Positions 19,523 to 29,800 of a stretch of DNA of 64,000 nt are shown one piece after another. Below the pieces are notes generated by a model that searched no databases, was not told the origin of the DNA, and saw nothing but the letters and a program-made list of their open reading frames with translations. A program made the position numbers and the translations under genes. Location of the stretch: NCBI GenBank assembly GCA_963669175.1, contig OY769902.1, positions 4,800,001 through 4,864,000 of the forward strand. The letters run 5' to 3'. Position 1 is the stretch's first letter. Each line of letters starts with the position of its first letter. This stretch comes from a bacterium. GTDB taxonomy: Bacteria > Electryoneota > Electryoneia > Electryoneales > Electryoneaceae.

Positions 19523-20311
19523 ATGAGTGATAAACTTACAGAAGCATTTCGGTTGTATTTTCACAATATCGTGTTAATTGGCGCCGTTATCTTGACAATA
19601 TACCTGCCACTCAACCTGGCTTCTGAAGCGGCTTCTCCCAGTATTGGTTTTGATATGACCGAATTCCAGCGTCAATTGGAGAAGGGAGATATCGATCCCG
19701 AATATTTTCTGAACAATATGAGTAACATGAACAGGTTTGGTGTTGGTGCAGGCGTTCGCATCCTGTCTGGCCTGATCTTGATGCTTCTGGCCCCAGCCCT
19801 GATGGGCGCCTTTATTCATATCATTGCCAATAGCCGCCAGGGACTTGAAACTACGTATAAATCAGCCTTTCAAACAGGATTTCAATTCTGGTGGAAAATG
19901 ATGTGGGTGCAGGTTCTTGCTTTTCCCATTGTTGCCATTGGCACACTGTTCTGTATAATACCGGGTATACTCGTCGGGATTTACTTCGCCTTTATCCCCG
20001 CAATGGTCATCCTGGAAGGAGCAGACAATCCGGTAGATGTCTTGTCAAGGAGTACTCAATTAACCAGGGGATACAGGTGGGAACTTTTAGGCGCGCTTAT
20101 TATCCTGGGGATTGTGTCTGTTACACTTAGTATGGCAATAGAAATATCCGCCTTCTTCCCGTTTGGCGAAATTTTCGTTCTGAAAGCTCTGACAAGTTCA
20201 ATCAGTAGCGTGATTGGTTACCTGCCCCTTACTGTAGTTGTTCTGTACTACATGGATGCACGTATTGCGGAGGCGGAGGCTGAAACCAAAGCGGGGATGG
20301 CGATGGAGTGA
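19523..20311 (+). CDS. Integral membrane protein (YciC/DUF975/GDPD-membrane-domain-like)
   Basis: About 6 hydrophobic segments; 'LFCIIPGI...LSRSTQLTRGYRW...YYMD' pattern; strong AGGAGG RBS. Confidence 0.75.
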   Translation: MSDKLTEAFRLYFHNIVLIGAVILTIYLPLNLASEAASPSIGFDMTEFQRQLEKGDIDPEYFLNNMSNMNRFGVGAGVRILSGLILMLLAPALMGAFIHIIANSRQGLETTYKSAFQTGFQFWWKMMWVQVLAFPIVAIGTLFCIIPGILVGIYFAFIPAMVILEGADNPVDVLSRSTQLTRGYRWELLGALIILGIVSVTLSMAIEISAFFPFGEIFVLKALTSSISSVIGYLPLTVVVLYYMDARIAEAEAETKAGMAME

Positions 20312-20337
20312 ATCTCACGTTGCGAAGACATCAACCG

Positions 20338-20368
20338 GGGAGCATGAAGAAATCATGCTCCCTTTTTT
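20338..20368 (+). terminator. Rho-independent terminator between convergent genes
   Basis: GGGAGCATGA-agaaa-TCATGCTCCC followed by TTTTTT. Confidence 0.8.
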
Positions 20369-22989
20369 CATCCGATCATCTCAACTGAATCCGAATTATC
20401 CATGACGGCGCGAACATTGGTCAGCAGTGTTTCCGGTCCAAATGGTTTTGGCAGGAATGGAATGCCCTGCTTTAATACACTTTGCAGGTGCATCGAGTCT
20501 TCCGTGTATCCGGACATAAGCAGCACTCTGATTCTGCTGTACTTCTCCCTGATTATGGAAGCCAGCTCACCGCCGTTCATGCCCGGCATGACAACATCAG
20601 AGATCACAAGATCTATCAGACTCGATTTATCTTCAAGTATTCCCAGGGCAACCTCAGCATTATCAGCGGGAAAAACCTGGTAGCCATACTGCTTCAAACT
20701 GTGTTCAAGAACATCACGGATATAAGACTCATCTTCAACAACCAGGATAGTCTCTTTCCCGGCCAGACGTTCGCTCTTATCCGTCTCTTTTTCACTGCTT
20801 GTTTCTATTTCATTGACACGCGGGAAGAAAATTGAGAATACAGTGCCCTTTCCTTCTTCGCTTGTCACACGAATTTCCGCTTCCGCCTGCTTAACAATCC
20901 CATATACAGTGGATAACCCCAGGCCTGTTCCCTGCCCCTCACGCTTTGTGGTAAAGAAAGGTTCAAAGATATGCTCCATGGTTTCTTCTGACATGCCAAG
21001 CCCCGAATCTTCAATCCGCATGATGACATAGTCACCGGCATTGAGATGTCCGTATTCCGCTCTGTCTATATCGGTGATACAAATGTTACTAAGCGATATC
21101 CTGATATCACCGCCATTCGGCATGGCATCACGGGCGTTTACAATAAGATTCAGCGCAATCTGTTCGAACTGAGTCGGGTCTATCTTGATTGGCCACACAC
21201 CTTCTTCGATCTCGGCATGCAAAAGAATATCCTCGCCGATAATCCTTCTGAGCAGTTTTTCCATATTCAGAAGCCGTGATGAGATATTGATTGTTTTCGG
21301 CGAAGTGGCTTGTCTACGGCTGAATGCGAGCAACTGACGGGTCAGTTCGGAAGCACGTTCCGATGTTTCCAGAATCTCCTGGAATTCGGAACGTAACGGG
21401 TGATCTTCTTTCAGCTTGAGCAGGTTCAGTTCGCACCGGCTGATAATGATGGTCAAGAGGTTGTTGAAATCGTGAGCCACACCGCCTGCAACACGACCAA
21501 TCGCTTCAATCTTCTGTGATTGAAGCAACTGATCTTCCAACGCTTTGTGTTCAGTAACATCCCGAATCGTCCCCTGGAAGAACATATGCCCCTCGTCGTC
21601 GCGAAAGATGGACGTACTGACAAGGACATATATTTTCCTGCCATCCTTCCTCTTCAGGACTTCCGGAAAATCACGTGTAAATCCAAATGTCAACAGCTTC
21701 TCTTCAAACTCATCGTGTTCACGCTTATCAACATATAAATCCGTTATTTGTGTCCCAATCAGATCTTCCTTGTTGACGAGAAACAAATCCGCCATTGCCT
21801 GGTTGCAGTCAAGGATTTCTCCTTCAGCAGAACGGATATACATGGCATCGAGCATGTTTTCATACAAGGAACGATATTTTTCCTCACTCCTGACTATCTG
21901 CTTGTCCTTGCGTTTAAGATTATCAATATCAATTGTGATGGCCAAAAATCGTTCGGGTTCCTGCGCTTCATTTCGAACTAAACGCCCCACAATTTGTACC
22001 CAGAAATCGTTGCCATTCGCCCGGTACATCCTGACTTCTATGGACAAGGTTTCATTCTCTGCTATGGCTGTTTCCATTGTACGTGAAAATCTATCTCTGT
22101 CCGCAGGATGTACACGTTCAAGCAGAGAGCTGAGCCGGTGATCGCAAGATGTTGTATCAATCCCCAACAACACCCGGAGCTGCTCCGAGCAGGTCAAATA
22201 ATCCTTTTCAATACTCCAATCCCAGATCCCGAAACTGGCCGCCTGTTGCGCTAGCATGGAACGTATCTGGCTATCCTTCAGTTCAGCCATGATCTTCTGT
22301 TGACAACTTTCAACCTTATACGCACGATAGATAATCAGAAATGACAGTATGAGTATTACAAGCAGGATTAACAGAAACGCACGATTCAGCCTGGCAACAA
22401 CTTTCTCAACTTCATGGTTGACCTCATCAAGGTAAAAACCGGTCCCAACCTGCCACCCCCAAGGGGCGAAATTTTTTACATAAGATAGCTTGTCCTGCAC
22501 TTTTGATGTTTCATCACGCAACTGCCACTGGTATGTGTTAAAGCCTTCTCCTGAATCGGACGCAGCCTGGAGGAAAGACAAGTGCAGAATCACTTCAGTC
22601 CCGCTGTCTGCCTCGCTTCGCCTGATGTTCTCAAGATCAGGCCGATAAGGATGCATTACCAAGTAGGTGTCGACACTGCTGATATAGAAATAGTCCTTGT
22701 TGTCTTTTCCATAACGCATTGCCCGAATTCGATCTTTTGCGGATTCCTGGGCCTGTTCCAGCTCAAGTTCACCGGACTCGACACGGTTGTTATAGTCGTC
22801 AAGCACTTCCCAAACGACATAAGTCAGTTCACGCATCATGAGCTTGCGACTCTCGAGTATGCTCTTCTCAATAGCAGGAATTGCAATCAACTGCGTGGCG
22901 AGGACGAATAGAATGATCGTCAGCATCACGGGGATCATGATGCGGATGGATAAAACCGGCAAAGTTCTGTTGAAAAGACGAACTTGCAC
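20368..22989 (-). CDS. Hybrid sensor kinase with single Cache_2 domain, two PAS domains, HisKA, HATPase and REC
   Basis: sCache_2 motifs (MRYGKDNKDYF, MHPYRPDL, KLSYVKNFAPWGWQVGTGFY), PAS3 (GIWDW, VHPADR), GGVAHDFNN, NARDAM, GTGLGL, receiver SDVVMPGMNG. Probable GTG start at 22989 after GGAG (ORF track start 23001). Confidence 0.94.
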   Translation of the reverse strand: MQVRLFNRTLPVLSIRIMIPVMLTIILFVLATQLIAIPAIEKSILESRKLMMRELTYVVWEVLDDYNNRVESGELELEQAQESAKDRIRAMRYGKDNKDYFYISSVDTYLVMHPYRPDLENIRRSEADSGTEVILHLSFLQAASDSGEGFNTYQWQLRDETSKVQDKLSYVKNFAPWGWQVGTGFYLDEVNHEVEKVVARLNRAFLLILLVILILSFLIIYRAYKVESCQQKIMAELKDSQIRSMLAQQAASFGIWDWSIEKDYLTCSEQLRVLLGIDTTSCDHRLSSLLERVHPADRDRFSRTMETAIAENETLSIEVRMYRANGNDFWVQIVGRLVRNEAQEPERFLAITIDIDNLKRKDKQIVRSEEKYRSLYENMLDAMYIRSAEGEILDCNQAMADLFLVNKEDLIGTQITDLYVDKREHDEFEEKLLTFGFTRDFPEVLKRKDGRKIYVLVSTSIFRDDEGHMFFQGTIRDVTEHKALEDQLLQSQKIEAIGRVAGGVAHDFNNLLTIIISRCELNLLKLKEDHPLRSEFQEILETSERASELTRQLLAFSRRQATSPKTINISSRLLNMEKLLRRIIGEDILLHAEIEEGVWPIKIDPTQFEQIALNLIVNARDAMPNGGDIRISLSNICITDIDRAEYGHLNAGDYVIMRIEDSGLGMSEETMEHIFEPFFTTKREGQGTGLGLSTVYGIVKQAEAEIRVTSEEGKGTVFSIFFPRVNEIETSSEKETDKSERLAGKETILVVEDESYIRDVLEHSLKQYGYQVFPADNAEVALGILEDKSSLIDLVISDVVMPGMNGGELASIIREKYSRIRVLLMSGYTEDSMHLQSVLKQGIPFLPKPFGPETLLTNVRAVMDNSDSVEMIG

Positions 22990-23373
22990 AACATACTCCA
23001 AGGTTGAAAGTCAACCCCTCCCAGACTGACCCCAAACTAATCAATGCTCTTGTGGTAGAATAATAAAAGGATATACAGGCTACTCGATGGCTTCCTCTTA
23101 CAGTTCTTCCAGTCCCCTTCCCCAATGGTAAGATACTTTCGGTACTTTGACCATCTCAAGACTTAAAAAGACACAAGGTTGTAAAAGAGTACCTCCAATC
23201 AGAGATTTTGCCAGTTGCTGTTTGCAGAAATAAAATAACACTCAATTCATTGAAAACTCTTACCGCCCTGCAGGTTCTATACCTGTACACGCCTAACTAT
23301 AATTATTTCTATAATTTACTTTCCCACTCGACACCTCAAGCAGAATAGCATTTTTTTACATACCCTATTCCTT

Positions 23374-23771
23374 CAGGCAAAGGGGGACAGCCACCTCTTC
23401 AATTCCCGCATCACATCTCATTCCACCTCCGCGCGACAAAAAGGAAACTGCACCCTTTTCGCAGCGTTGAAGCATGATTGTTCTCCGGATCCCGACTTGC
23501 TCATTCAGTACATCACAGAGGCAGGAACCGCTAACATAGCCAATAGTGCAAAGTATGTATCATAATCCGTAGCAAATCGGGCCATGCAGGCAAGAGCGTA
23601 TAAAGACTTCACAATTGTTCTCCGGATCCCGACTTGCTCATTCAGTACATCACAGCGATAGGATCGCCAACGTAGCCAATACTGGAAAAGTATCAATTAT
23701 AACACGTAGCAAATCGGGCCATGCATTCGAGAGCGTGTAATAATCTCACAGGCAAAGGGAGACAGCCACCT
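23374..23771 (-). repeat. Composite repeat: 137-bp tandem doublet (23477-23613, 23614-23750) bracketed by 23-bp direct repeats (23374-23396, 23749-23771)
   Basis: ATTGTTCTCCGGATCCCGACTTGCTCATTCAGTACATCACAG and CGTAGCAAATCGGGCCATGCA each occur twice; CAGGCAAAGGG(G/A)GACAGCCACCT occurs twice. The reverse complement matches the 4533-4826 units. Confidence 0.88.
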
Positions 23772-23912
23772 TTGCTCGTCTATCTCCATTAACCCGGCAC
23801 TCAATCGAGAACAACAATAGTACTCCCTACTTGGCAAACGATCGTACAATAGCCTATACTTTGATATAGAGCGTAATTCAAACGAGATAACATTGTATTC
23901 CAGGAGGTCGCG

Positions 23913-25295
23913 ATGTCATCAAAGCGCCTGGTATTCACTTTGGTTTTGTTTGGCGTGTTTGCGTTTCTGGTGCAAGCCGAAGACCACAGCGAACATATCG
24001 AAGGACCATTTGAGTCCCCGCAGGAAGTAACGGCCACTTGTATAATGTGCCATGACAATGTTGCGGACGAAATCATGGCGACCCGTCACTGGAACTGGCA
24101 GGGTGAAGCCTTTAATGGTGATGGGAAAGAAAAAGTTCGCCTGGGCAAAATTAACATGATTAACAACTTTTGTATCGCGGTGCCCTCCAACTGGCCACGA
24201 TGCACAAGTTGTCATATCGGCTATGGCTGGAAGGACGAGACTTTTGATCATTCCAACCCGGAAAACATTGACTGCCTGGTATGCCATGACCGTACCGGCA
24301 CCTATTCCAAGACAGCTACAGCAGCCGGGATGCCGGCGCCGGATGTTGACCTGGTGGCAGTTGCTCAAAGTGTAGGATTTACCAGCCGTCAGACCTGTGG
24401 CAAGTGTCACTACGATGGCGGTGGCGGCGCTGGTGTAAAACATGGCGATATGGACCCCAGCCTGCTGGAACCGCCGGAAGACCTTGACGTACACATGGGC
24501 ATGTATGATTTCCAGTGTGCGGATTGTCATGCTGAAGAAGGGCATAAGATTCGTGGCGCCGGACATGCGTCCATGGCGGCGAACACCAATCATTTCGACT
24601 GCACGACCTGCCATGAGATGCCGATTCATGACAAATCACGCTTGAACGACCACACGGAACACATCGCCTGCGAGACCTGCCATATCCCCAGCTTTGCACG
24701 TATCGAACCGACCAAGGTCTGGTGGGACTGGTCAACAGCCGGACAGGATCGTAAGGCCAGTCGTGACCAGTTCGGGCACGAGAATTACAACAAGAAGAAA
24801 GGCGATTTCGTCTGGAAAAAGGATGTTCAACCGGAGTATCGCTGGCATAACGGCGGCGTCGAGTATTATATGTTCGGAGATAAAATCGACACAACCGCGA
24901 TTGTCGTGTTGAACGAGCTGAATGGCAGTATCGAGGACACCAACTCCAAGATCACCCCGTTCAAGGTAATGCACGCGAAGCAGCCCTTTGATCCGGTTAA
25001 TATGACGTTAATCGTGCCCCACCTGTTCGGACCTGAAGGTTACTGGAAAACCTTCAACTGGGAGCAGGCGGCGCAGATCGGGATGGAAGCGGTCGGCTTG
25101 CCCTTCAGCGGCAATGTTGAGTTTGTTGAGACGGACATGTACTGGCCGATCAACCATATGGTCGCCCCTTCTGAGCAGGCGCTGCGTTGTACGGATTGTC
25201 ACGGCAAGAAGTCCCGTTTCGATTGGGAAGCCCTTGGTTACCCGGGCGATCCCATGAAAAAAGGTGGACGTGCGGAACACTTCGATTTGAAATAG
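23913..25295 (+). CDS. otr: Octaheme tetrathionate-reductase-family c-type cytochrome
   Basis: Signal peptide; eight CxxCH (CIMCH, CTSCH, CLVCH, CGKCH, CADCH, CTTCH, CETCH, CTDCH); OTR motifs LGKINMINNFCI, GGGGAGVKHGD, TKVWWDWSTAG, WPINHMVAP, LGYPGDP; AGGAGG RBS. Confidence 0.93.
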   Translation: MSSKRLVFTLVLFGVFAFLVQAEDHSEHIEGPFESPQEVTATCIMCHDNVADEIMATRHWNWQGEAFNGDGKEKVRLGKINMINNFCIAVPSNWPRCTSCHIGYGWKDETFDHSNPENIDCLVCHDRTGTYSKTATAAGMPAPDVDLVAVAQSVGFTSRQTCGKCHYDGGGGAGVKHGDMDPSLLEPPEDLDVHMGMYDFQCADCHAEEGHKIRGAGHASMAANTNHFDCTTCHEMPIHDKSRLNDHTEHIACETCHIPSFARIEPTKVWWDWSTAGQDRKASRDQFGHENYNKKKGDFVWKKDVQPEYRWHNGGVEYYMFGDKIDTTAIVVLNELNGSIEDTNSKITPFKVMHAKQPFDPVNMTLIVPHLFGPEGYWKTFNWEQAAQIGMEAVGLPFSGNVEFVETDMYWPINHMVAPSEQALRCTDCHGKKSRFDWEALGYPGDPMKKGGRAEHFDLK

Positions 25296-25367
25296 CTTAT
25301 CGCACAAACTGTGTCTTGAGAAAGACGCCTCATACTATAGTGACATTCAAGAGGAATGCCGGATACA

Positions 25368-25394
25368 GTCATCCCTAGCGAAGGCGGGGATGAC
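25368..25394. repeat. Isolated REP-like hairpin GTCATCCC...GGGATGAC
   Basis: GTCATCCCTAGCGAAGGCGGGGATGAC imperfect palindrome downstream of otr; single copy in the window. Confidence 0.35.
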
Positions 25395-25426
25395 AGAATG
25401 GGAAATCTCTTTCGAGTCACAAACAG

Positions 25427-25461
25427 ACGACAAAGCCCCGGTTAAACCGGGGCATTGTCGT
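25427..25461. terminator. Hairpin between convergent otr and YVTN genes (probable bidirectional terminator)
   Basis: ACGACAAAGCCCCGG-ttaaa-CCGGGGCATTGTCGT. Confidence 0.7.
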
Positions 25462-25479
25462 TGAAAAGCTATCTTTTCC

Positions 25480-26751
25480 TTACGGTTGCAACTCTATCAC
25501 ACTGACTGTACCGTCCATGTTGTTTGCGACAACCGCATAATTGCCGTGTGGACTGATGGCGATCCCGACCGGCCCCATGCCGACATTGATTGTAGACACT
25601 ACCTCACCGGTCCAGGTGCGTACGATTGAAACCGTATTATCGTCAAAATTGGTTACATACACGTAGTACCCGCCTTTGCCACAGGCGATTTCCGAGGGTT
25701 TCCGTCCCACTTCAATCGTCTCTGTCACCTGGTTCACATACGTGTCAATCACGGAAACGGTGCCATCGTTGGCGTTGGCCACATAAACAACTTCACCTAT
25801 CGGGTCCATGGCCAGCCCCTGGGGACCGAAACCTACTGGAATCGTCGCCACAAGACTGTTGTCCGATTGGTTCAGGACTGTGACATCATGATCGGAAATA
25901 CTGCTGATGTATACATAATCACCAAAGGGACCGGCGATAGCGTCGAACGGCACCTTGTTGAATGTCAACGAACCCGTAATGGAGACGTCTGCACCATCCA
26001 GCGAAAGCACAGTCACAGACGAATCACCCGCACAGGTAACCCAACCAAGTTCACCACCGGGGGCAAGATTGATGTGCAACGGGAGGGCATCAACTGCTGT
26101 TGCCTGCACCACATCATTCGTCTCTGTTGAGACTGAAGTAATGCTCCCATCTTCCCCATTGGCCACATACGCCAGTATACTATCCTCGGCGGCAACAATA
26201 CCATATGGGGAATTCAGACCGGCAATCTCAGCTTCCACAGTCCAATCGAGTGCAGAAATGACAGAAACCGTGTTGGACCCGGTATTGGTCACAAGCACCT
26301 TTTCACCGTCCGGGAGAAAAGCAACACCGAAGGGTTGGTCCCCAACATTGACAGTTTCAACGATGTTCCAGCTCATGGTTGAAACCGCACGCATGCCGGA
26401 TAATTCGGAAGTGAATCCGTCAATATCCTCTACAATCATGTAGAGATAATAGCGCGTTGCCGGTTCCAGCCCATCAACGGTTGCCATCGTATCCGCCTGA
26501 TCCGTGTAGTCAATGCTTTCGAACAACTCCGAATCGAATTCCGGATTTGTTCCCACATACAGGCGATAGGCAACAAAATCATCATCGAAATTGGAAGTCC
26601 ACGCGATATCCACAGATGTTTCTGTAGGATTATGAACCTCCAGGATCTGAGGTGCGAGCGGTTCGGGGCCACGTCCCTCCAGGCATCCCATCATCAGGAT
26701 GCCGATTACCAGTACCGCGAGCAGTCGCACATATGGGGTTCTTCTCTGCAT
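25480..26751 (-). CDS. Lipoprotein with FN3 domain and YVTN/YncE seven-bladed beta-propeller
   Basis: Lipobox LMMGC; FN3 (GLEPATRYY); repeats LVTNTGSNTVSVI, YVANANDGTVSVID, YVTNFDDNTVSIV. Likely ATG at 26751 (ORF track start 26763). Confidence 0.88.
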   Translation of the reverse strand: MQRRTPYVRLLAVLVIGILMMGCLEGRGPEPLAPQILEVHNPTETSVDIAWTSNFDDDFVAYRLYVGTNPEFDSELFESIDYTDQADTMATVDGLEPATRYYLYMIVEDIDGFTSELSGMRAVSTMSWNIVETVNVGDQPFGVAFLPDGEKVLVTNTGSNTVSVISALDWTVEAEIAGLNSPYGIVAAEDSILAYVANGEDGSITSVSTETNDVVQATAVDALPLHINLAPGGELGWVTCAGDSSVTVLSLDGADVSITGSLTFNKVPFDAIAGPFGDYVYISSISDHDVTVLNQSDNSLVATIPVGFGPQGLAMDPIGEVVYVANANDGTVSVIDTYVNQVTETIEVGRKPSEIACGKGGYYVYVTNFDDNTVSIVRTWTGEVVSTINVGMGPVGIAISPHGNYAVVANNMDGTVSVIELQP

Positions 26752-26819
26752 CTCAACCCCCAACTATGAAAAGGTTGTTGTGTCTTCGAAACGTATCGTA
26801 TTTCATACGGAATACCTGT

Positions 26820-29800
26820 TTACCGTACCAGTACAGCCTTACGGGTCATGACACTCCCGCCGTGCTGCACCTGGATGAAGTACACACCGCTGACCAGTTC
26901 CTGGCCTGCATCGAACATGTACCTGTGATACCCTGCCGTGAGATAACGGTTCTCTTCGTGAACCAGTCGGCCCAGCAGGTTGAATACGCGCACATGAACA
27001 TCACCCTCGGACGGAAGCCCGAACTGCATGTGAACCGTACTGTTGAACGGGTTCGGATACAGGCTGCCGACCATGAATTCTGTCGGTAACGCAATCGCAC
27101 GTTCCAGGGTCAGCTCAGCGAAACCACCTGAGGTAAATCGTGTCGGACCATCAATGATGTCACTGGCAATAACACCGCCGGAAGCATCCACAAGCTGCAC
27201 GGTTACCGGATTGCCGGGCTGGAATCCCGGAAGCCTCATCTTCGGCATTCCCTGCCAGATGGTAATCTTCGTGCGCCCGCCATCGCTGATATTGGCGCGT
27301 CCCACCATCAGGTCGCCGTCCAACACCTCGATAGCATCAGCGCCCATTCCGGCAAGTTCTGCATTCAGGCTTACAACCATCGTAAACGGCAGACCTGTGC
27401 GGGTAACACCTTCCGGGATACGCATCGGCTTGCGAAGTTGGGGCTTGCCTGCTGTCGCAACGGTCCAGCCACCGGAACTGAAGCTGAAGGTCACATCTTC
27501 CGACACGAAGACTTCATAGCCTTCACCGGGGAACAAGGTCACCAGGTCGCTCAGCTCTGCGTCACCCGGAATCCAGGTATAACCGTCATCGTTACGAACC
27601 AGCTCAACCACATCCATAATGGCTTCGAAGCCGGTTTCAACCGGCACGGCGAAGTCGAACGGATAACCGACCAGGTTCAGCTTGTCCGCCTGCAGGGTGT
27701 ACTCAATGGACGGGTCCATCGGGCTGCCGGTGATAGCGAACCGCGAATCGGAAGAGGTCAGCACACGGAAGCCTTCGGTCAGATCCACATCACCGATAGT
27801 ATTCACTGCCGGTGGGATCGCCATGCGGACATCGTCCTGGTAAACCAGCAACAGGTCATCAATCTCGTTGAACAGAGCCAGCGCATCGCTTTCCAGCGGT
27901 TGCAGGTAGAAGCTGATCAATTCGAAACCTTCCGATGACAACGGCAGGTTCATCTCAACCACATCACTCAGAACGACATCCATCTCCAGGATATCACCGC
28001 CAACGATCTGTACATCTTCCTGTACGAAGGTCGCGTATTCCGTATGGGTTACACGCAGGTCGTATACACCGTCAGGAACTTCGAAGAATGTGTATGCGCC
28101 TTCACTGTCCGTGTAAACCGCCCAGATGTTGTCGGTATCATCCACCAGGGACAACCGTGCGCCATCCACTGCAAGGCCACCTTCCGATGCGGTAACCATA
28201 CCGGTCAATTCCGGGATATCCGTGGTGAAGGACCAGACTTCCGAGGACCAGGTGCCATCGGTGTTGGTATCCTGCGCACGAACCTTCCACCAGTATTCAA
28301 CACCGTCCAGGATATCTTCCAGCAGGACGTTATCATCTTCAGTAGACAGTGAATCAAGGTTTTCGGTAAACAGAGCGTCAGTAGCGAACCAGACCCAGTA
28401 AATCAGTGTATCGCCCGGATCACTGTCCGTGGTGAGGTTCCACTGTACCAGCGCGTCTTCCCCGTTGAGCACCTCTGTGTCAGCCGGAGATGCCAGGCTG
28501 AAGGCTTCCGGGGTGTCGTACTGGTATACATCGAACGCCCAGCCATCCAACGGATTCGCCTGTGTCTGCAATCCGAACAGGTCGGTTGCGGTAACACGCC
28601 AGTAGACCGTGATGTCATCCGGCAATTCATCCAGTTCGCTTTCCGGACCGCCGAATAGGGCCTGTCCCAGGCCACCAACAAGTGCAAGGGCTGCTTCCGG
28701 ACCACGACTGCGTCCGGATTCCATCATCACGCCACTCTTGCCGGAAGACCGTTCCATCCGAACACGTCCGCCCAGGCTTCCCTGCGGGTGACTGGCAACC
28801 ACTGCCGCCAGTTCGTCGATGACGAAGAAGGTGTCAGAAGTGACAGCGCTGAAGGCGTCTGTAAAGGTTGGATCCAGTGACCACTCAACCGTGTATTCAA
28901 GCGTATCTGACGGATCAGGATCATCGGCACGATCCCAGTAAACTTCTGCGAATTCCTCATGTACCACAAATCCACTGTCAGGGCCGGCCAGTTCGAACGC
29001 TATCGGCGCTTCCGGGATGTAAACATCGAAGCTCCAGACATCGTCCGTCCAGGTGCCTTCCGTGTTGGTATCCTGGGCACGAACCTTCCAGTATATGGTC
29101 TGGTCGTCATCCATGCCGGTAAAGGTGTAGGTTGTATCGTTTACTTCAACAGAATCACGATCCGCGAAGTCAACATCGTTGGACCAGTACAGCCAGTAGC
29201 TGAAGCTGTCGCCAGGATCGGGATCAATCGTGGATTGCCAGACGACCGTGGTATCACCGGTACGGATAACTGCGCCGCTGTCCGGGCCAACCAGGGTGAA
29301 GGCTTCCGGCGGATCGAACAGGTAAACATCAAAGGACCAGCCAGTTTCTTCTTCCGTAGACCAGGCCTCCAGGGTGAAGCTGTCGATCGCCTTCACACGC
29401 CAGTAGATCGTGGTGTTATCCGGCAATTCATCCAGACCAACTTCACCACCTTCGATGATCGGGGACGCGTTGGAAGAACCTCCCAGTGCGTTCGAGTTGT
29501 TCTTTTCGCCCTTATCACGATCCTGATCCTGATTCACTTTGAAGGAACCGGTAGCCATAAAGGTCTCATCACTACCGTCATCCGTCGGTTTGTTGTTTCG
29601 TCCGATTCCCATCGCCATCGCTTCTTCAAGGCTGCTTACCTCGAAGAATGTGTCAGCAGTGGTTGCGCTCAGGAAATCAGTAAATGTCGCATCGCCTGAC
29701 CACTGGATCTCGTATCCGATTACATCACCGGGATCGGGATCAAGTGCGGTGTTCCAGACAACATTGATGGTATCGTTGTTGACTTCTGCGCCATCTTCCG

